From the NCBI GenBank assembly GCA_043228905.1, contig JBHGNT010000003.1, forward strand, positions 372,001-436,000: DNA of 64,000 nucleotides, read 5' to 3'. The notes beneath the pieces were generated by a model. That model did no database searches. It saw only the letters and a list, made by a program, of their open reading frames with translations, and was not told where the DNA came from. Both the position numbers and the translations under genes were made by a program. The DNA is from Azolla caroliniana. Taxonomy: Eukaryota; Plantae; Polypodiophyta. This document shows, in pieces, positions 25,901-35,530 of the stretch. The first letter of the stretch is position 1, and each line of letters opens with the position of its first letter.

Positions 25901-28044
25901 GGTCATGGCATATTCTGTCGCGGTTGTGATGACGTCGATTTCGAACAGCGGAATAATCCGAGGGTGCTCGTCGAGGTATGCCTCTAATTCTGCATCCTCC
26001 ACCCCAACCAACATATTTATATCTTGCACGTATAATGGTGTTATACCCTTGGGTTGAGGTGCGCTTCCTTCCGTAGGTACGCGAACCTTGGTGTGTCCGT
26101 GTCGGAAAATGATACACTTGTGTTGCCAGCTCTGCTTGATATTTGTTGCCCGAAGCCATGGTCTGCCCAGAAGCACTGGGTATGCCCCTGGGGCGTCCAA
26201 AGCGAGGACGACCGCCGAGATGTCGAAGCGGTGTCCGCCCACGATAATGCCTATTTTGCGAATTAACCCCAATGGTCGTACTGAGCGGGTATTTGCCATT
26301 TGGAGCCAGAATGGGCAAGCCTCCCATTCTGAAATGCCTAACTGCTCGCAAATTTTCGCGCTAATTACATTGACGCCTGAGCTGTCGTCAATTACGCATC
26401 CAGGAATTTCTTGTCCGTGTAATATTAATGTAATAGTCGGGTTGTGCTGATCCACTGCCGACGGTCCATCGCTAACGTCTTACGGTTTGTAGCGACACTC
26501 ACCCCGGGTATGCTTGTCACTCGTTCTTCCATGGTCTGGCGGAAGTGTGGGACTAGCTGCAGCAATTTCTCCATGGTTAACGTTATCTCACAGCCCGCTA
26601 ACGCCTGCCAAATGGGGTCCGGGACCAGTCTTTCGTCCTCTGCTCGCTCCATTGTGTTCGCGGACTCCTTCCGCATGCGTTTCGTATTTGTCGTATTTGC
26701 TTTTTCCACCCATGCTTGGGCTTGTTGGCGTATCTCGTCTTGTGCAGCCCAATCAGTCGTTTTTGTTTGCCGGCGTGTCGTGACTTGCTGCACTTTCGCC
26801 GTAATCGTATTGACAGCGGGCCCCTTTCCCTTGCGTGTTGGGCATTGCGTGGCATAATGTCCGGGTGGCTGACAAATAAAACAATGGATGCTTGATTCAC
26901 CCTTCTCGGCTCCTGGTGGTGTGTGTCGCTCCCCTGGTACTACTTGCTCCTCGCGCTCCGGCCTCGTTTGTGGGAACATACGCGGTGGTTGTTGTTGGTC
27001 CCATCGTTGTTCCTGGTGCCGCTCATCTCCCGAGCTTTCGTCGTCATGCCGGTGATCTCGATATTGTCGTGGCTTACCACGATAACCATTGAAGCAGCCC
27101 CGTTTGTTTGTCAGCCGGTGATTCTCGTAGCACCGACCCCCTTTAGCATAACTCGGATGTCCATGATAATTCTCGTCCTCTGGTTCGTCCTCCTCGGAAT
27201 CGTTGTGATTTCGGCGATTTCGGTGGTGCCGGTCATCCCGTGGGTTGCGATCCCTATACCGTGGTCGGTCTTCTTGCCTCCTTTGTTCAGTCCGGTGTGG
27301 TGGACGTTGGGTGTCCATGTTGCGGACTACAGGAGTGGCTCTGTTCAACATATTGTATTCGCATTGGTCGACTGTGTGAGCCTTCGAGTGGCAAATTGGG
27401 CAGTGGATTTGTATATTGCACTCCACTTCGGAATGCCTCGAGTTCAAGCAAATCGTGCACTGGATTGCTTGACGAAACTGGCGTTCCTCGTCCTGAGGTA
27501 ACACTTGTCGTAAGGAGGACATAGAAAACCTTTCCTCCTCCTCATCCAACTCGAGTTGTAACACTCGTACAATGACCATATCCGTTGTTTCCCCTTTCAC
27601 GCTATTGTTGTTGAGCGTTTCCCGGATGGGTCGGCGTAAAGCTACCAGAAATGTTTCTCGAGCCTCGTCCTCCGCGGGGCTCCGTTCAAGTTTCCGTCGT
27701 AAATTTTGGAAACGTGAGTTGAAGTCGGCTATCGTCTCGGTCAACAATTGCTTAATCGTGTAGAACTGTCCGAGGATTTCGCGTTGTGGAACCCTCCGAT
27801 GGAAGAACCGCAAGAAAGCGGACTGCAGCTGATCGAAGGTTGTTATTGTTGGTAAATCCATCTGTGAATGCCAAAACGCCGCTTGCCCATCCGAGGTTAA
27901 CCTGAACTCCGTCATTTTCAACTGGTGCGCTACCGCCTCCGAAAGGCTTTGCGCCATGTGGTTCGCATTCCAGACATTCAGGAACATACGAATATGAGTT
28001 GCGGCTTCGGTTTCGCCGTTAAAGCGGGGATAGGCAAAGGCCAT
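22910..28044 (-). pseudogene. Family A gag-pol, copy 3
   Basis: ORFs 26425..28044 (gag), 25799..26455 (PR), 24737..25561 (RT), and 23964, 23637, 23376, 23182, 22910 (IN). Confidence 0.92.
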
Positions 28045-28332
28045 GCTGGGAGCTACGGCGGGTCGGGAAAGACCACAGGGTGGTTGTGGTGAGCGTAGTC
28101 CCCGTGTCTCGTCGAGGTATTTGGAGAGCGAAGAATCACCTTTGTAATCTCAGCAGGTAGTACTGAGGTTGCTGAGGCGAGGCTTTTGCCGTGTGCGTTC
28201 TTCTGCCTGGCATGTGACGGACCTTGTTATTGGCCGGTCTTGTCGTGTTGGTTCTCTAGGGCGTCTGCGGCTAAACATCCATTCGTCGTTGCTCATCTGT
28301 GAGAAGACACATATCACCAGGCATGCCAAAAG

Positions 28333-28774
28333 TGTTGCCGATTAGGAACACGGTCCGCAGTCAATCCTTCAACCTAGACCTCCAAGTGGTTGTGGAACAA
28401 CGAATAGGCGTTTATGCGTGATGCATAGGGGAATGTTCCCTGTAACCTATCAGCATATAAGGGAGACGGCTACAACCGACTCCTTAGCAAGGGTTTCCTG
28501 TAACCTATCAGCATATAAGGGAGACGGCTACAACCGCTCAGGTATTCCAGACACACAGTGGATTAGCCGTAGCTATACACAGAATTCTATTATGATACGT
28601 TTCTTTACATTCCAAAATTACACGCTCCCTCTATCAGAGATTTCCTGCCCTTTATATACGCAGGGTTTATTTAGTCGTTCATGCTTCCTACCTGAACCGT
28701 TACATGCGTTATGATCTTATATTATTTCTTATTCCTACGCTCTTGTCCGTCGGTTACTATTCCAGCGGACAACA
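28333..28774 (-). repeat. Family A 5' LTR, copy 3, with an internal ~38-bp duplication
   Basis: Reverse-complement homolog of 7281-7719; tgtaacctatcagcatataagggagacggctacaaccg occurs at 28441 and 28499. Confidence 0.88.
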
Positions 28775-29406
28775 CCAACAACGAAGTACGCGTACTACGG
28801 AATTGCGGCAATTGACCTATCGACGGGTCGAACGAGCCTACGAGGAGGCAGGCACAAGGATGAACCAAATGCGGGCAACTTGGATAGCGAGGACGACCGG
28901 TTCGAAACGAATGGCGATCCGAAGGACGAAGGGTAAGCGCGGGTCGGTCTTCTCCGGCAAAGAGTCTATTTTGGCGCATACCGGTGGATGTGCGGTTAGG
29001 TGGGGGCGAATGTCGTGGAGAAAACCATCCCTAGGCGGAATCAGAGAATATCGGGAGAATCGACGAAGTGCATCATGTGTACTCACCCTTGTAAAAACGT
29101 GTGAATAGTAGGAGTTAAGTCGGGACAAAGAATCCCATGTAAGTCAGGATTCATCTCACATTGTAACGCATCCCTCTCCTTGTTCTATAAAAGGAAGGGA
29201 GCACCCCTTTGTGAAGGGGTTGCCCATTTTGAGTCATAAGGGTATACCATTTTGTGTTCTTTTCTAGGGTTAGCTACATTCTTTCTTTTCTTTTCTTTTC
29301 TTTTTCTTCCTCCTTCTCCTGCTCGAGGAGTCGAGCAAGTAGCTATGGCGGCAAAGCTGTTAGGTTAACCTCTCTTCTTCTGTGCGTAGCCGGCTCGTAG
29401 CTGTGG
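28775..29406 (+). mobile_element. Family B-related 3' end and start of an LTR (LTR 29011-29406, resuming 42052-~42327)
   Basis: 3' UTR and G-rich tract ggttaggtgggggcgaa match 41150-41217; the LTR begins tgtcgtggagaaaacc and is interrupted by the Copia at 29407. Confidence 0.8.
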
Positions 29407-30097
29407 TGTTGGGATTTCGGTCCCTCCGGATGGGATGTCCGGAGATGAATGACGGCAAGCCCGGTTGCGGTTACGGAACCGGATGATGAAGACCCCGGTT
29501 ACGGAGCCGGATGATGAAGACCCCGGTTACGGAGCCGGATGATGAAGACCCCGGTTACGGAGCCGGATGATGAAGACCCCGGTTACGGAGCCGGATGCTG
29601 AAGACCCCGGTTACGGAGCCGGATGACGAATGTACCCGGAGAGAGATCCGGATGCGGGGACATATTTGTGAATATGTTTGCCAAGAGCCCTTGAGGCTAT
29701 ATTTGTAAATAGCCCAAAAGTCATATGTGTATAAATATGACTTAGGGCAAACAGTTTTAGAAGGTTGTTGCTCATTTTCTGTTTTCCACGAAGAGGGAGC
29801 GAAGTGAGAGCAGCCGAGAGAGTGTGAGAGACGAAAAGGTCGTTGCCTCAGTGTATTACCGCCGCCTGTGGCGAAGACTGTGAGCTCAAGGTTGTTGCCT
29901 TGTAGCTTCATCATTGTACATCTCTGCATATAGTGATAGTTGGAGTTTGAGGACTCCCGTGGTTTTTTTCCCACTTAGGGTTTTCCACGTAAAATATCCT
30001 GTGTACTCTTCTCCCCATTATCTTCGTGTATTTTGTAATTCCTGTTTTCTGAAAGTTAATCCTATTTCTCGGTTGTGGCCGAGCACTGCGTATAACA
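29407..30097 (+). repeat. Family C 5' LTR (691 bp)
   Basis: TGTTG...TAACA; no difference from the 3' LTR seen by eye. Confidence 0.96.
29469..29626 (+). repeat. 28-bp tandem repeat (~5.6 copies) in U3; also at 34248-34405
   Basis: Unit ggttacggagccggatgatgaagacccc starts at 29469, 29497, 29525, 29553, 29581 and (partial) 29609. Confidence 0.95.
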
Positions 30098-30128
30098 AAG
30101 TGGTATCAGAGCGACGGTAACACAGAAA

Positions 30129-33100
30129 ATGGAAGGCGGCGGCAGCGGGCAGCCGATGATGATGGTGCTGAATGCACAGAATTACGCCGACTGGAAGATC
30201 AAGATGGAGGATCTTCTGATTGTTCGGGACCTGTACGAACCGATTGACAGGTCGGAAATACCGAAAGGGGTACTTGAGTCGGAGTGGAAGCTCCTGAACC
30301 GGAAAGCCGTAGCGACGATCCGGCAATATGTCGATGTAAGTGTCCTGCAACATGTGGCGAACGATACGAACGCCTATGAGATGTGGAAGAAGCTGTCGGG
30401 CCTCTATGAGAGGAAGAATGCGTTGAACCGGACCTCCCTGATGAGGAAGATAGTGAACCTCAAGTACCGGGACGGCGAGAGTATGGTGGAACACGTAAGC
30501 ACGTTCATGGGATTCGTGAACCAGCTTGCGGCGATCAAGTTCCCGTTGGAGGATGCAATGCAAGCCATCATCCTGATGTGTACATTGCCGGACAGCTGGG
30601 AGAACTTGGTGGTGACTCTCAGCACCTCCTGCACCGAAGATAACTTGTCCCTACAAACGGTAAAGACAAGTATTCTGAATGAAGAAGCGCGTCGGAGAGA
30701 TAAGGAACCGGCCTCCGACCCGAAGATGCTGTTTACCGAATCGGATCGGGGAAGACAATGGAACCGGAGTCCGCAAAGACGGGAGAAGTCGGGGACCCGG
30801 TCGCAGTCAAGAGGAAGACCCACATGCTTCCACTGTGGGAAGCCGGGGCACTTCCGAAAGAATTGTCGGCATTACCGAAAAGACAACGGAGCCGACGACA
30901 CCGACTCGAAGAAGTCACCGGAGAGAAACGGTGCATACCGGGGAGCCACGGACCGGAGAGGTTCGGATCGGCGAGGGCAGGACCGGAAAGGAACAACGGC
31001 ACTCGCGGCAAGTGAGGAAGAAATCATGCTCATCACCGAAGAAGGTGAGCTAAACGTTGCCGGCGATGAGACGACCTGGGTGGTCGATTCCGGAGCATCG
31101 TTCCACCTGACCCCGGAGAGAAGATACTTCTCATCCTACACAGCCGGTGAGCATGGCTGTGTTCGGATGGGAAATGAAGGTACGTGCCGGATTGCCGGCA
31201 TAGGAGACGTGTGGTTGACAACCCCGACCGGATGCAAAATGCTGCTGAAGAATGTCCGACACGTTCCGGAGGTCCGACTGAACCTGATTTCAGCCGGGAG
31301 GCTAGATGATGAAGGCTACACGGGTAGCATCCGGAACGGTGTCATGAAGTTCAGCAAGGGGAACCTGATAGTGGCTCGGGCCCGGAAAGACAACACACTG
31401 TACCTGATGAATGCTCGGTTATGTCCGGAAGAGCTGAATGTGGCAGCCGACACTGCCGGTGAGCTGTGGCACAAGAGACTGTGCCACATGAGTGAGAAGG
31501 GGATGAAGAGGCTTGCAGAAGACAACCTTATCCCAGTGAAGCATGTGCACCTGGAGAAGTGCACCGATTGCCTGGCCGGTAAGCAGAACCGAACCTCCTT
31601 CCACTCAAGGCCACCGACGAGACGTAGCGCACCATTGGAGTTGGTGCACACTGATGTGTGTCAGGTAGAAACGAAGTCACATGGCGGAGCCCAGTACTTC
31701 GTGACTTTCATTGATGATCACAGCCGGAAGCTGTGGACGGCGCCGTTGAAGACAAAGGACCAAGTGTTGTCCGTCTTCAAAGAACTCCACGCGAGAGTGG
31801 AAAGAGAATCCGGCAAGAAGCTGAAAGCGATACGAGCGGATAACGGAGGGGAATACCGGGGGCAGTTCCAGGAGTACTGTCGCTCGAAGGGAATCCGGCT
31901 CGAGTTTACTGTGCCGAAGACGCCGGAACTAAACGGGCTGGCCGAGAGGATGAACCGGACCATAATGGAGAGGGTCCGGAGTATGCTGGCACATGCGAAA
32001 TTACCCAAGGGGTTTTGGGCCGAGGCAATGTCGACGGCGACATACGTGATAAACAGATCACCCTCAGTACCTTTGGATGGAGACACGCCGCAGAAAGTGT
32101 GGACCGGTAAGGAAGTGTCCTACCGGCATCTGAAGGTGTTCGGGTGTCTCGCATACGTGCATGTGGCAAAGGACCGGAGAGGAAAGCTAGATCCAAAGAC
32201 CCGGCCATGCATATTCCTCGGTTACGGCGACGACGAGTTCGGCTACCGAGTATGGGACCCGGTCGACAAGAAGATATTCAGGAGTCGAGACATCATCTTC
32301 ATGGAGGACAAGACACTCGCCGACTGGGAGTCGGAGAAGAAGATGAAGAGCTCCAAGTCGATCGGTGAGGATCAACTCTACGAGGAGCAGTCCCGACCGG
32401 CAAGGGACCGGTTAACACTCGAGGAACCGGCCGAAGAAGATGAAAATGATACCGGAACCGGCCCCGATCCCGAAATGGATTCGGATGAAGAAGAATCGGA
32501 AGAACCGGTTACCGAAGCTCCGGAACGGAGATATCCTCTAAGAGAGAGAAGGGCCCCCCGGAGATTTCCGGAACCAGAGCACGTGCTGCTAACCGACGAA
32601 GGGGAGCCGGAGAGCTTTGAAGAAGCAAAGCATGACACCCAGAGCCGCAGGTGGTTGAGTGCCATGCAGGACGAGATGGATTCCCTGCATGAGAACCACA
32701 CATATGAACTTGTGGAGTTGCCGAAAGGAAAGCGGGCACTTCGAAACAAGTGGGTGTTCAAGCTGAAACCGGGAGATGCCGGAAACCCCCCGAGATACAA
32801 AGCCAGGATCGTGGTGAAGGGGTTTCAGCAGAAGAAGGGCGTCGACTTCGACGAGATATTCGCCCCGGTAGTGAAGATGACCTCCATCCGGACGGTGCTG
32901 AGCATAGCGGCAAGCATGGACCTCGAGGTAGAACAGATGGACGTGAAGACAGCATTCCTTCACGGTGACCTCGAAGAAGAAATCTACATGCAGCAACCGG
33001 AAGGATTCGAGAAGAAAGGGAAGGAGCACCTGGTATGCCGGTTGAAGAAGAGCCTTTACGGACTGAAGCAGGCTCCCCGGCAATGGTACCGGAAGTTCGA

Positions 33101-34175
33101 CTCCTTCATGACCGACGAAGGGTACCTCAAAACGCAGTCCGACCACTGCGTGTTTGTGAAGAAGTTTGAAGGAGGAGACTTCCTAATACTCCTCCTGTAC
33201 GTGGACGACATGTTGATCGTCGGACGGGACCAGGTCAAGATACGGATGCTGAAGAAGGCTCTTCACCGAACCTTCTCAATGAAGGACTTGGGTCCGGCGA
33301 GGCAAATACTAGGGATGCACATCATCCGGGACCGGAAGAAGAAGCAGTTGTGGCTGTCACAGGAGAAGTACGTGACGAAGGTGCTTCACCGGTTCAACAT
33401 GTCGGAGGCAAGACCGGTCGGATCGACCCTCCCGGCAAACTGCAAGCTGTCCAGCAAGCAAAGCCCCAAGACAAAGGCTGAAAAGGAGGATATGATGAAA
33501 GTACCATATGCCTCAGCCGTCGGGAGCTTGATGTACGCCATGGTATGTACGAGACCGGACATCGGATATGCAGTCGGAGTGGTAAGCCGGTACATGAGCA
33601 ATCCCGGCAAAGAGCATTGGAACGCGGTCAAGTGGATACTCCGATACCTGAAGGGCACAGCGAATGTGTGCCTCCGATTCGGCTCCGGTAAACCCGAACT
33701 CGACGGTTTCACCGATTCGGATATGTCGGCTGATGCAGATACCAGCCGGTCCACATCAGGGTATGTGATGACGTATGCAGGGGGAGCTGTTTCGTGGCAG
33801 TCGAGGCTGCAGAAGACGGTTGCGTTGTCAACCACGGAGGCGGAGTACATGGCGGCTGTTGAAGCCGGCAAAGAAATAATATGGATGAAGGACTTCATTA
33901 GAGAGCTCGGTATCCAGCAGGAGGAGTACCGACTCTACTGCGACAGTCAGAGTGCCATCCACCTTGCGAAGAACGCGGCCTATCACTCCCGGACGAAGCA
34001 CATCCAGCGAAGATATCACTGGATCCGGGAAAGGATAGAAGACAAGGAGTTCGTGCTGACGAAGGTCCACACGGACGAGAACGGGTCGGATATGCTGACC
34101 AAAGTGCTCACACCCGACAAGCTGGGAGCGTGCCGGAAGAGAGTCGGATTGGAGAGACATCCCATGCCGAAGTGA
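30129..34175 (+). CDS. Copia Gag-Pol polyprotein (Gag, CCHC, PR, IN, RT, RNaseH), uninterrupted
   Basis: CFHCGKPGHFRKNC; WVVDSGAS; LWHKRLCH; HTDVC/RADNGGEY/NGLAER; YKARIVVKG; QMDVKTAFLHG; LLYVDDML; SDMLTKVL. Confidence 0.97.
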   Translation: MEGGGSGQPMMMVLNAQNYADWKIKMEDLLIVRDLYEPIDRSEIPKGVLESEWKLLNRKAVATIRQYVDVSVLQHVANDTNAYEMWKKLSGLYERKNALNRTSLMRKIVNLKYRDGESMVEHVSTFMGFVNQLAAIKFPLEDAMQAIILMCTLPDSWENLVVTLSTSCTEDNLSLQTVKTSILNEEARRRDKEPASDPKMLFTESDRGRQWNRSPQRREKSGTRSQSRGRPTCFHCGKPGHFRKNCRHYRKDNGADDTDSKKSPERNGAYRGATDRRGSDRRGQDRKGTTALAASEEEIMLITEEGELNVAGDETTWVVDSGASFHLTPERRYFSSYTAGEHGCVRMGNEGTCRIAGIGDVWLTTPTGCKMLLKNVRHVPEVRLNLISAGRLDDEGYTGSIRNGVMKFSKGNLIVARARKDNTLYLMNARLCPEELNVAADTAGELWHKRLCHMSEKGMKRLAEDNLIPVKHVHLEKCTDCLAGKQNRTSFHSRPPTRRSAPLELVHTDVCQVETKSHGGAQYFVTFIDDHSRKLWTAPLKTKDQVLSVFKELHARVERESGKKLKAIRADNGGEYRGQFQEYCRSKGIRLEFTVPKTPELNGLAERMNRTIMERVRSMLAHAKLPKGFWAEAMSTATYVINRSPSVPLDGDTPQKVWTGKEVSYRHLKVFGCLAYVHVAKDRRGKLDPKTRPCIFLGYGDDEFGYRVWDPVDKKIFRSRDIIFMEDKTLADWESEKKMKSSKSIGEDQLYEEQSRPARDRLTLEEPAEEDENDTGTGPDPEMDSDEEESEEPVTEAPERRYPLRERRAPRRFPEPEHVLLTDEGEPESFEEAKHDTQSRRWLSAMQDEMDSLHENHTYELVELPKGKRALRNKWVFKLKPGDAGNPPRYKARIVVKGFQQKKGVDFDEIFAPVVKMTSIRTVLSIAASMDLEVEQMDVKTAFLHGDLEEEIYMQQPEGFEKKGKEHLVCRLKKSLYGLKQAPRQWYRKFDSFMTDEGYLKTQSDHCVFVKKFEGGDFLILLLYVDDMLIVGRDQVKIRMLKKALHRTFSMKDLGPARQILGMHIIRDRKKKQLWLSQEKYVTKVLHRFNMSEARPVGSTLPANCKLSSKQSPKTKAEKEDMMKVPYASAVGSLMYAMVCTRPDIGYAVGVVSRYMSNPGKEHWNAVKWILRYLKGTANVCLRFGSGKPELDGFTDSDMSADADTSRSTSGYVMTYAGGAVSWQSRLQKTVALSTTEAEYMAAVEAGKEIIWMKDFIRELGIQQEEYRLYCDSQSAIHLAKNAAYHSRTKHIQRRYHWIRERIEDKEFVLTKVHTDENGSDMLTKVLTPDKLGACRKRVGLERHPMPK

Positions 34176-34185
34176 AGGGGGAGTT

Positions 34186-34769
34186 TGTTGGGATTTCGGT
34201 CCCTCCGGATGGGATGTCCGGAGATGAATGACGGCAAGCCCGGTTGCGGTTACGGAACCGGATGATGAAGACCCCGGTTACGGAGCCGGATGATGAAGAC
34301 CCCGGTTACGGAGCCGGATGATGAAGACCCCGGTTACGGAGCCGGATGATGAAGACCCCGGTTACGGAGCCGGATGCTGAAGACCCCGGTTACGGAGCCG
34401 GATGACGAATGTACCCGGAGAGAGATCCGGATGCGGGGACATATTTGTGAATATGTTTGCCAAGAGCCCTTGAGGCTATATTTGTAAATAGCCCAAAAGT
34501 CATATGTGTATAAATATGACTTAGGGCAAACAGTTTTAGAAGGTTGTTGCTCATTTTCTGTTTTCCACGAAGAGGGAGCGAAGTGAGAGCAGCCGAGAGA
34601 GTGTGAGAGACGAAAAGGTCGTTGCCTCAGTGTATTACCGCCGCCTGTGGCGAAGACTGTGAGCTCAAGGTTGTTGCCTTGTAGCTTCATCATTGTACAT
34701 CTCTGCATATAGTGATAGTTGGAGTTTGAGGACTCCCGTGGTTTTTTTCCCACTTAGGGTTTTCCACGT
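34186..34769 (+). repeat. Family C 3' LTR, left part (right part 41940-42046)
   Basis: Matches 29407-29990; the remaining 107 bp follow the Gypsy insertion. Confidence 0.95.
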
Positions 34770-35487
34770 TGTCGTGAAGAAAACCGCCAACAAGAGGAAT
34801 CGGAGGAACAAGGCGTGGGAAACGGCTCTACACACACACGCGCGCCAAGAAGTACCTAAGGACGAAGTAGGTACATACGAGGATCCTAGGCGGGTAGATT
34901 CGGTTGGTAAGCAGTTAATGCAAAACGGCCTCTTGACGGGCTATAAAAGGAAGAGGAAGAATAGAAGTCGGACATCTCCCGCGGAGAGGACAAAGTGCTG
35001 CCGAACCGATTTCGGAGCTTCTCCCTCACTCCTGCTCTCTCTGTCTTCTGCTCCATCGCGTACCTGTGCAGGTTTCGAGGAGGCTTGCGCTGTTCCGTGG
35101 AACGCCCCGAGTGCGTCCTGCAGCACCTCCGACCTGTTTTACCTTTCTGTGCGTCGCGACATACAGGGGTCGGCAGCTGTTCGCCGCCCTGTTCGTTTTC
35201 GTTAGTATCTATTTTGTGCCCCACCGTGGGCTGTAATACTTTAGTCTGCTATTTTTCTTGCATTCATAAGTACATATCTCTCGTTGTTGCGTCCATCTGC
35301 GTCGGCGTTCATTTGTGATCTCTGTTTGTTGGGCCGTGTCCCTGTGCAATCGTCGGTTCTGCGCAATCGGATCTTCGGTTCTGTGTAATCGGGTCTCTCT
35401 CTTATCTCTCTCTCTCTCTTGCTCTTCGGTTCGAGACCCCCGTGGTCCCTCCTCCTTTCTACACGCAAGGGCGTAGCAACCCCGACA
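34770..35487 (+). repeat. Family B 5' LTR
   Basis: Direct repeat of 41218-41935; the ORF track gives identical peptides for both; TATA ctataaaag at ~34941. Confidence 0.96.
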
Positions 35488-35490
35488 TCT

Positions 35491-35508
35491 TGGTGAACCC
35501 GACGTGAA
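35491..35508 (+). promoter_or_regulatory. Primer binding site complementary to tRNA-Trp
   Basis: tggtgaacccgacgtgaa, 3 nt after the LTR, is the complement of ...UUCACGUCGGGUUCACCA, the plant cytosolic tRNA-Trp 3' end as I recall it. Confidence 0.85.
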
Positions 35509-35530
35509 AGAGGCGGCAGAAGAGCAGGAA

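Larger units (their letters stand above)
16694..28774 (-). mobile_element. Ty3/Gypsy family A, copy 3 (5' LTR to mid-ORF3), interrupted by Copia D copy 1
   Basis: LTR 28333-28774, PBS 28314-28328, gag-pol 28044..22910, ORF3 22551..22176 continuing 17615..16694. Confidence 0.92.

Noticed and set aside
29469-29626. 28-bp repeats as a CRISPR array
   Set aside because: The units are head-to-tail with no unique spacers, lie inside a Copia LTR and are duplicated in the other LTR; there are no cas genes.
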